Shown: positions 49,217-64,000, counted from the first letter of the stretch. The stretch is 64,000 bases of DNA from Chlorokybus atmophyticus (GCA_009103225.1 RHPI01003369.1:379500-443499); one strand, 5' to 3'. The notes: a model not told the origin generated them from the sequence alone. Numbers and translations are program-made.

Positions 49217-51530
49217 ATGGGTGTTGTGCAGCAATACTTAGTAGAATTTAATTGAGCTGGTCTGAACCGGTGATGAAGCGTGGCAGCAGTTGTAAGATGC
49301 AATTTGGGGTTTGTATTTTAGATTGGCTGCGAGTACATTGTGTGACGGCAGTATACAAGCATTGGAATTGACCATAATACCGACAGTTTGTTCAGTGACT
49401 GGTTGCGTTGATAAGCATCTTTAGTATATAGCATACTGGTTGGTGTTTGGTATGGTCGCTGTCTTACAGCTTTGGCATTTGCAGCACATGGTAACAGTGT
49501 GGCAATGTAAAATGCTGATGGTGATTTACACTATGCATGAGCACATCCCTCGCGCATTGTATGTGCAGTACACAAGCTTTCACTTCCAAGGTTGGAATGC
49601 TTGCATGCCTTGTAATATGCGAAGAGAAGAAGATTCCTATCAAACTTTGCAAACACACGCGTGCGGAGTTTATTGCATATGCAAGGACCGTAGTATGACT
49701 CACAACAAGTTGCACGTGCAGAATAGTTCTGGAGATTTTTGTACACCTCTCCTCAACCGTGCAAACAATAGCGTCTTGATGACTGATCACTACTGCAATT
49801 AAGTTGTTGCGTCTCCTTGTCCTAATAGTCACCATCAATCAGCAAGGCTTGTGTACCATGTATGCCACAACCTTTGCATATGTATTTGCTTTCCAATAGT
49901 TGTATGTATGACACATTGTTTGGGTCATTTAGCTATCGTGTGTGAAGCCAGTCATCATGAGTCACTTGGTTTTGCCTATGTCCAGGACCCGCGCAACAAC
50001 ATCATGTGCATCGAATTCGCTCGAGAGGTAGTACACATGGTAAGCCTCACCAAGCAGCTTGCATGAATGCTCCTTGCACTGCACAATGTACAACATATGA
50101 TATGCAAAACATTGTGACATGCATGTGTGTGCGTGCTTGCTTGCATGTGCGCAATGCCCGCTGCTTGTTGTACACTCACAATCAGTCAATACCATGCGCA
50201 GCAGGCAAGCGCAAACTGGGGCGGGGCAGAACGGAAGTAATAAAGTCACTTACATTGTTACAAACTAGCTTGTTGCAATGGTATTGATTTATTTGTATTG
50301 TACTGCTCTCAGCCCCGGGGCTACCATAAGGCTCTATAGTGTGCTACATGTGCCAACGATTATGATGGCTAGCTCCTGCCTTGCATGCGCATGCAAGGCA
50401 AGTGCGCACTTAGCTTCGGCGCATAGGTAGTGCATACCCCTGCCTCGGGTTAGCTTGTGTCGTTGCTGTAGTTCTTGATACAGCTGCTATTGTTATTGTT
50501 GTCGGCAATGCATGTGGCAGAATTAAAGGGCCATTCGTCATAGCAACGCACACAACAAACACAAGCATGCAAATATTAGACAACAAGGCCGATAAGCACC
50601 TCGCGTTAAAGAGGCCGGACGACCCATTGACCTATGTCTAAAGATAGACAGGCAGATTGAGCAGCACGCGGTAGCGGCTTATTCGTTTAAATATATGATC
50701 GTGCATAAAGTATATAATGCATGTACGTTATGCATCAACATGTACGTGTGAATAATAGACCAACCAATCTTGTCAAGTAACAGTGTACATGAAGTGTGCA
50801 CCCCAGCCTAGCGAGGTCATAGCTTAGTGTGTTGATAGAAAGCGTACAAAATATATAAGCTGCTCTGTATGGCAGATGCACAACAACAAGTACAATGGAG
50901 CAATCATAATAGCAACAGCAAGCACAATTGTATCGTATGTACGTTGCTTTGGCCAACCACGGAGGTGGGCAGGCCGCTCTCTACGGCGGTGAACAAGCCG
51001 TTTATCAGTGACTCGCACATTGCAAATACATATAGCAGTAACAAACAGATTATCAAGTACAGCAGGGGCAACAACTTGCATAAATCTGCTGCTACCTGAT
51101 GTCAACTCATTGCGTCCAAATCATGTATGTTGTAGGACAAAATAACTTTTTCAAACAGCACGAGTTGCTTGTTTCAATAACCTGCAGGCTTGCGTTGTGC
51201 ATTGGACACCTCGATTCAACGTGGCGTGCATGATGTGAGGTGCAAGTTGCATCGTGAGCTTACTCACCATTACAATTGTCGAAGCTTATTATGCAGCCGC
51301 ACCTGGCACGTGCCACGCGTCACACTAAGGGTACGTCACACCGCGTGCCCCAGCTTAAGCCTTTCTTCTCTCGTAGGCCTAAATCACGAACTTTCCAAGC
51401 TGCTACGCGCCTACCATGCACGCATGCTAGCAACCCACCAAGTGGGTGGCAGTGCCACTGTGGCACCGACACTCATCATCAGTGGCAGCGGCGGTGTCGC
51501 TGTCCTCCTTCTTTCTGACCAGAGGCGTCA

Positions 51531-53178
<1,648 letters not shown>

Positions 53179-54182
53179 AGCGCGTTATGGTGTAGATTAG
53201 GAGGGCATGTTGGTTATAGCACCGGGCTGTGAAGAGACGAACCACCACTGTACCTGTATCTACATATGTATATGGTCTGTGCAATCCCATACTGTCACGA
53301 TAGTCCACATTGACACCAATGCACACTGCTAGACAACGACACGCACACTCCCATACACCCACACATTCACACATCCGCTGACAGACACCGCCACCGACAG
53401 TCACCCCAGCATCCCTGCACTCAGAGCGCCACACAGCCATGTCCACACCCGTCACCACCAGCATCGCGCCGGGCTGTAAATGTACTGTAGCTTCTCAGCC
53501 ATGGCTGAGTGTCAGCGACTGCAGATTTGAAGCGCTAATTTCAATTTATGCCAGGCTGCTAGCTATGGACACTCGCACCGTTACCAAGAGTCAGCCTACA
53601 GCAGCAGCAGCAGCAGCAGCACTGGGACCTTTCCCACTGCCAGCTGGTTGGCTGGCATAATGCAATACTGTACATAACCACTTGTGTCTGAACATTGTTG
53701 CCACATGTGCTTCGATATGTCTGCATATCTTTTGCAAACATATCGATGACAGCTTGAATTATGCTGCCATACCGGTTGCACACAGCCATAAGTATGCAAT
53801 GAGCATATTCTCCGCAAACAAGGCACGCACGCAATCTTTCCACTTCATCTCGCACACTGCGTGATTCAGCAACAATACATAATGGCATACATTGCTCGTG
53901 TCCATGATCCTGTTGCAATGACTTGCTGCAGTCTCCAATGCACAGGGTGAACAGCAGTCAGACCGCATGACATATACACCAGCTTTGCTTATTGTAGACT
54001 GCCATTAACTACCGCAACCGCATCAGTTTTGAAGAGCATACAATAACGGGTTTCAACCCCTATACACACTGCCAGTGCAGGCAAAAGTTGTAGCAAGCTA
54101 GCACCCAATCAGGTACAGCAGGAGGCTAGGCTCCGCGCACATGTGTCACAGGCATTTCCCACACGCAAGTGTAACCTGCTCA

Positions 54183-56061
54183 TCAGCACATGTCATCGGC
54201 ATCCGTATTCACAGCCGCATCCACAGAAGTAACCGTGCCTGTGTTGGCTGCAGCTGGGGCTGGTGCTGCGCGCTGAGGTGGAGGTTCGGGACCGGCCGGC
54301 GTGAATTGGCTGCGCAGCAGCGGCGCAGTCTCTGCTTCAGGTGACGCGGAGGAGTTGACTGTGCGCTTGCACTTGGGACACGACGGCCGCCGCGATATCA
54401 ACCAAACGTCAATACATGACGTATGATACTCTGCCAACCAACACAAAGTCAGCAGACATGCAACACACTGCTTCAGGCATAGCAACACAACTGCCACACA
54501 AACTGTACAGAACACAACTAATGATGCAAGCAAGTTTTATGCAGTCTACTTATGCGTTGCGTTGCAATGACTTGTATTGTGTTGCTCTGCGTTGAGTGTG
54601 CTGTTACTCACCATGTTTACACGGCAGCACGCGCAGCTTGTCTCCGTCAGCATACTCTTCCAGGCAGATGGCGCATGTCTCCATGCCAGCGGACGTGAGG
54701 GAGCCCGTTCGGTAAATGATGCTGGGAAGGGCTTTGACTTCCGACGCAGACATGCCGAGACTGTCTGAAGAACTGGTGTCCAGCAGTCCGCCGGCACCGC
54801 GCCGCCAGCGATTGCGGCGCACGAAGAAGAAGGTCGCGAGCACGGCAGAGACGCAAAGCAGGCCGATGAAGGACACGGCCATGACACTCCATGCTGCGGC
54901 GTCATCATCCGGCTGGATGTACGTCACTGTGCCTGGAATGCTTGACAGGTACAGCAACTCCAACCCTGAGCGATTCTCCACGAAAACCGCAGGAATTCGG
55001 ATGTCTGTTGCTCTTCGAGCAGACACTGCAAGCCACATTTTCCATCAGGGTGTGGAACTTAAGTACAAGTCAACAACCATGCAATTTTGTGGTAGCATTT
55101 CGTAGTTGCATAACATAGCTGACATACAATAAGCGGTGCAGAGCTGCACACGTTGCAAAGAAACTAGGCAATGTGCATACCGCCACATAGCCAACGTCCT
55201 TGCTTGATATGACAGCCGCTATTCTGAACAACTGACTGCCAACTGCGAACCTTGTTGCCACATGCAATATTTAGTAAAGCAGATTGTGGCTCTAATATTA
55301 GTGAGACAGTGTGCGTGTGGGTGCAACTGGGTTTAGCCAACCTGGTGACTGACTGAGGGAGAACCAAAGTCCCACGTGAATGACACACACAAAAAGGCAG
55401 TCCGCCTCTTGTCATCTGTCTGATAGGTTTGCCACTATTGACAGCCAGAAATGCTTCGGTGCATGGCTTCAAATAACAATGTAACGTAGTAAAACGCTTT
55501 TGCTAGTGGAAGTTAATAATTTGCATGTAACCGCCATACGTGACCATACGACACACAGACTACTGACTAGTAAACTTACAACAATGACTGACAGCTAAGG
55601 TGAGATAACTTATCATGCCCTGTATGCTGAACTAACAGGACAGGTAGCTTACTTGTTATGAGCTCGCGCGTGCGCTCATCATTGTAGACGATGGCCGCGG
55701 CAGCGCCGGCCAGCTGGGCATTGAGCACTTTGGTCTCAAAAGGGCACTGGCCCCGCACAATAAGGGCGAACCAGGGCAGGGAGGGGTCAAGGGCGGCGGC
55801 GGGGGGAGGCGTGAGGGGGCTGCAGGCGTCATTGGGAAGGGCTTCCAGCAGGATGCCCTGTATGCCCTCCAGGGGCACCGGCGCCCCAAAGGCGGCGTCG
55901 GCGTCCACGAAGGAGAAGGTGGCGTTGTCCCTCGTGGCCACGAAGATGGTGGAGCCCGCCGGCCGCACCGACAGGTCCCACAGCAGCACCGCCAGCAGCA
56001 GAGAGCACGCCGACAGCCTCCCTAGGTTCCCAGCCACCCGCCGCACTACCTCAGCGTCCAT
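54183..56061 (-). CDS. RMR: RMR-type receptor: signal peptide, PA domain, TM helix, RING-H2 (RNF13/RNF167-like)
   Basis: Exons 56061-55653, 55025-54612 and 54430-54183. DADAAFGAP, IVRGQCPFETKVLNAQLAGAAAAIVYN, IPAVFV, TM AWSVMAVSFIGLLCVSAVLATFFFVRR, RING CAIC...CKHEYH..CID...CPKC. Confidence 0.93.
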
Positions 56062-56668
56062 CCGACGAAGAGGGCCGGCCTGCTCCCCGCTTACCCGTGC
56101 CTCCTCCAGGCTGACACCCACACAGACACAGACAGCACCAAGAAAACCGTTCCTTACAAGCTCTGCAGCACCAGTATCTCCCAATTCCCACACCCAGGCT
56201 TCTCCTGCTTGTCCTCTGCTGCCTCCTCTACGACAAGGCCACCGTCACCGCCGCCGCCGCCGCCGCCACACCCTCCGCGGCCATCCACGCGGCACGGCTT
56301 AGGTTTGCTGCAAAGAACTCTAATCATCCAATTCTCTTGGCTACAGAGATAAGTCCTTCCCAAGGTTTTCCTTGAAGTGAGCAATGCCTGACAGCAGTTC
56401 CGCTGCCTTTTTTCAGCAGGTGCCTCTTTGCATGCTATTGTCCAACGTGAAAGTTTGTCTGATCTGCGATGGGGGGATTGTTTGCGCGAGTTTTCAGCTT
56501 TCGGCATCTGGGGCCTGCGGTGGTCGTGTTGTTAACGCGGTGCGACTCTGCGTCGATGAAATCCGTTTAGGGTAAGGGTTGACGTGGAAAGTTCGCCGGC
56601 TGATGACGACAGTGGAGTAGCAGTCCACCCTTGCTATACGAATGCAGACTGTGACGCATTCTAGTATA

Positions 56669-59600
56669 GGGTTAAAGGCTCCTAATTTGGCCCATTTTCG
56701 CAGTTTTAAGGTTATTGCGGCCGCGACATAACTTGTTTGGCGGTGAAGTGTATGTGTTTATTGTTCCTTAGGATCTAGGCTACACAGCACTATTTTTATT
56801 TTGGATGAGTACATCTTAAGTTATGGGCGCCAAAGTAGGGGTGGTATCGACTGAAAGCTGCCATCAGTTTAGGCCTACTTTGGCCACTTCAGAAACGCCG
56901 GTACTGGCGTAGCAGGTAGTGGTGATGGGTGGTACTGGCGAGGTTAAAATCAGGGCCGCAGGCGATTATCTGTGACGCTTGCAGACTATAACACAGGCAT
57001 ATCAAAGCTGATAACAGCGATCAGTTATGGCGGGAAACTGCCGCCATAGCCTCCCGCCAAATTAGTTGTTGTCTGTGAGGTTGTTGGCGGCGTAGTTGTG
57101 TAGGGCGCCTTTAGCGGTAACTCTGCAAGAGGCGGCGGCGACAGCAGGTACATGTCATGTAGATTATGAGTGCTATTGTTTGTGTGTGTGTAGTTTGTGT
57201 GCATGCATGTGTGCTACGTCTACAGGCATTCCGCAGGTCTGCACATGCATGTAGACAGGGTTGCATGGACTATGTTTATGTACAGAGTGACACTGTATGT
57301 ATTAACTAGTCTGCTTGCAGGTGTTTCAGGACGCCTTCTTGTTGTCTAGCCTTCTTCGCCCTCCAGCTGGCGCCTGCAGCTCTTGCCTACTCTCGAACAT
57401 AAGATGGGGGCACCTGCATCCTTGTGGAAAAGTCCTCCGCCAAGTCCCACAAAGGTTCCCCAAGTTGGTTGTGGCACTCTATTGGGTTCTAGACATACCA
57501 CATCAGCAGAGCTTCCGCCTCCATCCTTGTCTTGTCCCTCTGCTGCCACACAAGGTAGGCCTCGGTATTAGCTGCATGCTGCTCCGCCTGCTTCTCCCTC
57601 TCCTTTGCAGACTTCTCATCTTGCTTTTGTGGTGCATGCTTAGCCTTCTGCATGCGCCTGAGTGCAGCAGCTTTCTTTTTGAGCCCATGTGCAGCGGCCT
57701 TCTTAATGACAGCTGCTGCTGCCTCCGGCTTCTTCTGTTTGGCCTCCTCATTGCGTGCCGCTGCTTGCTGTTCCTTGGCAACAGCTTTTAATCTCTCCTT
57801 TCTTAAAACCTGTGCAATCTCCATGTTGGTCATCAGATGCGCACCGCCGATGTCCGCGCAGCCTCTTCTTGCTCTTCTTCTTGATATTGCTCGCTTGCTG
57901 TTGTGCTTGAGTGGTTTGTGCTTACTCTGCTCTTGCTGCTTTGTGGCCCTCCTCTGACTGTGCAGCAGCTTTTTCCAGGTCCATAGCATTCAGGAGATCG
58001 TGCATGGCGGGGGGGATGTAAGTGTCTGCAGGTAAGGGTATTTGTCCAACACGTGCTTGTAAAGAGGCCAAAGCCCACACGCTCTGAAGCTGCTGATGAT
58101 ATTGCTGGCGGATAATCCTTCGCGCCATGGCTGCACAAGCAGTTCCAGGAACTTTTCCCTCCCCAGGTCATGGCAGTACCTTGTTTCTTGGCGCTCTCTA
58201 TACTGTTTGCGATAGACCTCCTTGAAGGGTGGAAAACAACTTACATCTAGCATGTATGCATGCGGTGTGTTGTGTGAGCTGGGAGGATGAGGATGTGTAG
58301 CCTCCTTTGCATGGCATACTTGATCATCTCACTGCTGTAACGACTCACATGGCCGTCCACAACAAGCAACACAGGGTTGGCAGGGGACACACCGCCAGGC
58401 ATCCATTCAACTAGCTTAGCATCTATAGCTCTGTAGTCATCCACGCATTCTCTTTGGCTGCGTACACAGCCTGGGCCATATCGAACTTGCGGTAATCTTT
58501 TATTACTCGTTTGCCTTTCAATGTCACGAGAGGGGGGAAGGCATAGCCAGCGCCAGTGACTGCAGCCACGAGGGTGACATAATCTCTGCCTGGTGGCTGC
58601 CAAAGCCCACTTGCCACCACTGCACGCCACACAACAGGTGAGCACTGTATTCATCACATCATTTACAGCAGCAGCACAACCAGCATTAGGTGACACTTGC
58701 CTTTTGCAAATGACCCTCTGATTTTGAACTACGGTGTCGGGTTCAACTGCTACTTCATCAGTGCTGGTGATTCGGGATGGACCCACTCCCAACTCCTCAA
58801 CCACCCTCTCAAGCAAGTCGAAGTATTCGTAGACAATATCCCCTTTGAAAAACACAATGTGCGCCTTGTCAAGAGCTTCAGCCTTGCGGGAGCTCAGATT
58901 ATGTCTCTTCTTAAAAGCGTACCACCACTTGTTGCCAGTTATCCCTGTAACAATTGGGTTCCGACCACTAGGCTATGGTAGCAAAAGACGCTACCATGAG
59001 TGAGGTTTGTCGCAGTTTATCTCAAATTGTGATATTCCTCCCCAATTTAACCCACGGGTTCCACATTATCCAATGAAGCACTTACTAGCCCACTTTGCCG
59101 TGGTCACGGCCATACCACGACCGGTCCGCCCGCGGCCTTTTGAATTCTGCCAATAAACGGTCATAGCGGACCGAACTGCAGCGGCCATCCTCACCGCGCG
59201 ACCTGCCATCGCGGCGCGATCGCACGCGGCCATAGGTCAAACTGGCTCGGCGCGTAGGTTGCGAACCTGCGCCAAGCTTAGGGCAAGCCGCCTTAAAAGT
59301 TTTTTTTGGGGGCCCTTGGATATGCCTTTATCTCCTACGGGAATTGAACCTGAGACGTCAAGCTCCGTTACCATTGAGCTCCGACTAACAACAATTGGGC
59401 TCTGACCACTAGGGTATGGTAGCAAAAGACGCTACCATAAGTGAGGTCTGTTACAATTCATCTCAAATCGTGACAATGCCCCTCCAACAAGCTTATACGT
59501 TCATCTCCTATCAGTCTTTTGCCGGCCTCAATGCACACTTGAGTCCACGCCCACACTTGTTGCGAGCCACCACGCACTGTTTCAGGTCAGCTTTTTCCTC

Positions 59601-60710
59601 AGCAGAGGACAGAGTTGACGCACCAGCATTCCTGCATCAACCACATTACTATTGCACATCAGCAACAGTCTCTAACAATCTCACCACCTAGCACTCTGCT
59701 GCTAGCTACTCAATACTCACCTGTAATTGTCAAGTGCAGCGGGGTTGCAGAGGTATCTCCGCAGGGTTGTCGTGGGGATGCCAAGTGCTGGAACAGCATC
59801 CCTGAGGGTCATGCAGCCCTGATCTATTGCCTTCATTGCGCGCTGGATGTCTTCCATGCTGGCACCCCAACGTTTGTAGCCTTTCCGACGTGCTGAGCGT
59901 GCCGGGGTCTTGTCACACGTTTGCCCCGCGTTGTAAGATATTCAGTTGGTCTGCAATGATGCAAAGGGTGGTCTAAGCAGCAGTGCTGCAATGATGATAT
60001 GCTGGTGCAAACACACAAGCCACCGACCCTACCACTAGCAGTCACCATAGGGTAGTAGCTACTGGTAAAACACTTGTACTAGCTATAACACTTGCAATGC
60101 AACACTTGCAGCCTGCCTCACAATGCAACACATGTAGTGTGCCTTACACTAGCACACCGTGCATGCCACCTCCCCCCTACCTCACCTACTCCTCCACCAC
60201 TTGCCTACCAGCACCAGCACTTACTGCAACACTTACAAACATCAACCACAATGCTTGCAAACTCACGTGCCCCTCGAATGCCACCCCCCTCCCCGTTTGC
60301 CATGCTATCTACCACTCATACGCATATGTGAAAAAATCCTTACGCGTTACCCTTTGCAAGCCCAACATGTGACTTTTGCTATTCACAGTCAGATGGCATG
60401 ATACTTGATATATACTAGCTCTAAATCTCACTAGAATCACGTGCACAAAAACCCTACACAGTTTGCATTTGATTTGCATAAGCTATTAAAACTCAAAGTT
60501 GGGGGTTGGAGGTGGACAACCTCACCCTAACTAAAACAGTGCTTTAAAAATTCAAATCTCGCGCCACACTTGGCCGTTTGACGCAAAACTTGGTTTGCAT
60601 GTATATCACAACTAGCTGTACCTAGGTTTGAAGTTTGACCGCGATTGGGTAAGGGGTTGGCCAATTAGCCGCAAAAACCCACGTATTGGCCAAATTAGAA
60701 GCCTTTACCC
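56669..60710 (-). mobile_element. pogo/Fot1-like (Tc1/mariner superfamily, DD35D) DNA transposon, ~4.04 kb
   Basis: Left TIR GGGTTAAAGGCTCCTAATTTGGCC (56669-56692) versus right TIR reverse complement GGGTAAAGGCTTCTAATTTGGCC (60688-60710): one indel and one substitution. TA flanks both sides (56667-56668, 60711-60712). Internal transposase remnants on the minus strand. Confidence 0.88.
57489..59200 (-). pseudogene. Frameshifted pogo/Fot1 transposase (Tc5/CENP-B HTH + DDE_1)
   Basis: GNKWWYAFKKRHNLSSRK (HTH_Tnp_Tc5), PSRITSTDEV (D1), VTLVAAVTGAGYAFPPLVTLKGK, NAWMTTEL, VLLVVDGHVS (D2), LILPAHTTHRM..LDVSCFPPFK (D3) and a basic coiled C-terminus. These fall in different frames, with a stop at 58423-58425 and a frameshift near 58250. 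Confidence 0.88.
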
Positions 60711-62755
60711 TAGCCGTTAGCGTGGGTTGTCGGAAAGGATTTTGCGACTTGGTAATGAAATAATCGGTGTCCCGTATTTAAGTAACCTTGTTATGCTCAG
60801 TCAAAGTCTTATAGTTTAACATGTGTCATTTGCTGTGAATAGTTTTCAAGTGCGTAACATGTTAAACATGCCTGCTACATGAGTTTATAAAACTTAATTT
60901 AAAATTGCAACATCATACATGTGGAGGCTCAGCAGTACTGCATTAAACTCGAAAGGGAAGATGCATTTATTCTGCAATAAACACAAGTGCAATTGTGCAC
61001 CACAAACACGGTCAGTCCATGTGATGTTACCTTAACTTGTCATTCGGGATACTATTTTAATCTCTGTCAATACCTTCTTTTCTTCTTTTTGGGGGGCACC
61101 ACACACAGATAGGCCGCCTTAACAAAGTAAGGGCGCAATGTCTAACGTGACGCTGCAAACAAAACGCGTTAATAGACGCGCTCATACAGTTGCTGCTCTT
61201 TAGACTGTTACACATAACAAATAGCGCTTAAAATTAAGTGTATGCTTAGATTTGTAAGCACCGTGCGTAAAGTAAGTGACATGTAAGCACATGCATTTTT
61301 GCATAAGCATGCCAATTGACCTTTTAAATCTTTTTGAGTTGATCAAGTGGCATGCTTACATGGGTTGATATTTTTGATTTAACATGCGAGTATCGACCCG
61401 TTTTATGATCATCTCGATTATTTTAAGATTATTATCTTAACAGAGCTTTGCATACACATGAATTTGCGGTTTGCAGACAATTGTCTTCTCTCGCACTGAT
61501 ATTAGCTACCAATAATATGCAAGACTGCGGCATCAAACTTGCCAGATGTTAATTGCAACCATATATTTGCAGCTGCAATTGTTCCAAGACTGCAAAACAT
61601 TTAGATTTCGAGCAGTAGTATTGTAGAGTTTACTCACCTCATTCAAGCAATGTGTCAAGATGTATACTCATTGTTTTTCGATTACAAAATGTAACAAGGG
61701 GTAAACCATGATCGTCTTGCTATGGTTTTCATGTAAAATACAATATATAACACGAAATTGTTTCATACATCTCATACAAACTTGCGTATTAACAACCTTT
61801 CAAGCATTTTATGTTAAGTTTGACACGATATGCCGCATGATGACACTTAGTCATATCCATATAAAAAAATAGCTAAACACTGTATCTACCGATATATGTC
61901 TATGAATGCACACGCGCAATAAAGCATATCATTGATATATTATGCGTTCTTAATGTTCAAATTGACACTATTATCAACGCGCAAGTTGTAAAATTAAATT
62001 TACACTTGTTATGGCACGGCTACCGGTAGCTGGTGGTTGGTAAATTCACGGAGCATTGCAATAAACACAAGTGTTGGCTGCAACGCTTCATGAAAGTAGA
62101 GCATGTTGTGGATCCCACGTAAAATTTTCTTCACGACAGTCTCGATGATTGACTCGTCTGAGACAGATTGCCGTCCGCGAGCGCGACAGCCAGGTTGCTG
62201 GTCACTATTTCCGGCGCAGAGACAGAGAGAACCCGCAGGCCACCACGTGGCAGGCCTCGTCCCCCGGACCAGGCGGCGGCAGCGGAGGCAAAACTACAGC
62301 AGGAGGAGGAGCAGGAGGAGAAGGAGGAGGGGGTGGTGGTGGTGGTGGTGGTGGAGGAGGAGCGTGCCTAGACCTACATACGGAGGGGAGAACTAGTGCG
62401 GTAAACAGCACTTTGTGTACGGGGGGAGGGGAAGTGGAGAGTAGTGGGATCACAAGCAGGAGGGTGTCGAGCAGGAGGAGTAGGAGGAGAAGGGAGGAGG
62501 TGGAGCGCTAGTCGCTGGTTGTGGGGCTGCGGCCGATGGGCGGCCGCCGCAGCCACCACCCACCTGCTCAACAATGACGGCCGCCTCCAGCTGCTGCTGC
62601 TCCTCCAGCTCTTGCTGCAGAGACGGCGGCGGCGCAGGAGAAACTGCTAGCATTGTGCGACAGCATTCTAGGGTCAACGTGGCGGAGGCGGAGGCGGAGG
62701 CGGAGGGGGAGGGAAACAGGAAGAGAACGCGGAGGACGATAAGCAGGCCAACAAG

Positions 62756-64000
62756 ATGCACAGTACGTAGGAGTTGAAGTGATTACCACCTCCGTGAATA
62801 AAACTAGTAGTATCAGCAGCATCTCATCATCATCGGCATGAGTAGCATCAACATTACACAACAATCCAAGCTTTAACCGCTTGTAACCCACGTCAGTGAA
62901 GCTAGTGACCTTTGGTTGTGTAGAACAACACCAGTCATAGTTTGAAAGAACACTAGTGTAAGGGTAAGGCCGAGTGATGGCGTGCGACAAAGCGTCAGCA
63001 AGTGCTTGCATTTAGGGTTCTTCCCGTCCTGCTTGCAAGAGCCAACTTCAGTTTTCAGTGCGTGCAATCAGCTGTCGCAGCAGCATCGAGTCCAGTTTCA
63101 TGCTGGCTGGGCGGGAGTGCTGTTCCCTCTGTGCAGGCACGCAGGTGCCGTGCGTGTGCCATTCAGACACAGCATTGACGTGCGTATGTTGGCGAATGTA
63201 TTTGCTCACGTATATGTCTCAATGAGTTGCGTTTGATGTACGCAAATGCATCCGTAGCAGCACAAAGTATCACAGCAGAAAGTACTACTGCTGGACGGGG
63301 GGNGGTGTTGTTAGATACGATGAGAGCCCATATATACACACACGCACACAATAGGAACACATACACGCAAGCAAGCACGCACGCATGCGCGCACGTGCAC
63401 GCAGTGGATTTGTTTGCTGCACAACTTTTGCTTTGTTGGTGCAGAGTACAGGCTGGTGGCGAAGAAGGGCGAGGGTACCTTCAGCGAAGTGCTCAAGGCT
63501 CAGTGCGTCAAGAACGGCAAGTACGTCGCCATCAAGTGCATGAAGAACCACTTCGATTCCCTCGACCAGGCAAGCAAAGCAAGAAAAAGTCAAGTGTGAA
63601 GCTAGGTGCACGTCAGAGAGACTCAGTGAGAGTCTCTCACTGTGAGAGACTCTCACTAGGTCATGTGCGAAAGACTCATTTGCCCCTCATGCAGGTGAAC
63701 AACTTGAGGGAGATACAGGCGCTGAGGAGGTTGTCCCCCCACGCCAATGTGGTGAAGCTTCTTGAGGTGTTGTATGATCAGCCGACGGGGAGGCTGGCGT
63801 TGGTGTTTGAGCTGATGGACATGAACGCGTATGAGTTGATACGGGGCCGGAGGCACGGCATTGGTGTTGACCGCGTGCGCGCGTACATGTACCAGCTCAT
63901 GAAGGCCATGGACCACATGCACCGCCACGGCGTCTTCCACCGCGACATCAAGCCTGAGAACATACTCATCACCGACGAGTGTCTCAAGCTCGCTGATTTT
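62756..64000 (+). CDS. MOK: MOK/RAGE-family kinase, ortholog-like to Chlamydomonas long-flagella LF4; truncated by the window end
   Basis: 7-nt first coding exon ATGCACA (62756-62762) plus 63445-63569 and 63695->64000 gives MHKYRLVAKKGEGTFSEVLKAQCVKNGKYVAIKCMKNHFDSLDQVNNLREIQALRRLSPH...HRDIKPEN...KLADF. An in-frame TAG at 62669 supports this start. Confidence 0.95.

Noticed and set aside
49440-51200. Hidden gene between Rieske and RabA
   Set aside because: Only short ORFs without motifs and no consistent exon chain were found.
62450-62761. Minus-strand Pro/Gln/Glu ORF as a separate gene
   Set aside because: Low complexity with no splice or motif support; it overlaps the probable LF4 leader.

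Overview
Intron-rich eukaryotic nuclear DNA, not prokaryotic. It carries both motile-cilium genes (inner-arm I1/f beta dynein heavy chain DNAH2/DHC10-like; LF4/MOK kinase) and land-plant-type families (At1g01500-like, TSS/REC Clu-family protein, PA-TM-RING RMR, RabA). This points by inference to an early-diverging flagellated streptophyte alga (Chlorokybus/Mesostigma-like). Eleven protein genes were reconstructed by hand from splice sites and conserved motifs: DNAH2(-), At1g01500-like(+), At4g18490-like(-), TSS/REC(+), SYP3 syntaxin-5(-), TAF10(+), GH3 glycosidase(-), mitochondrial Rieske Fe-S protein(+), RabA/Rab11(+), RMR(-), LF4/MOK(+). Ten of them form five head-to-head pairs, four with telo-box-like motifs between the genes. 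Also present: a decayed ~4 kb pogo/Fot1-type DD35D transposon with TIRs and TA target duplication, a dispersed composite foldback repeat family, hairpin clusters next to a 657-N gap, and AT-rich spacers. The most unusual signals are a GH3 whose catalytic nucleophile and -1 subsite residues are substituted (D to E, KH to RT), a RabA with altered switch regions, and a REC/TSS protein with a non-canonical C-terminus. All homology calls rest on recalled motifs; no database search was run.
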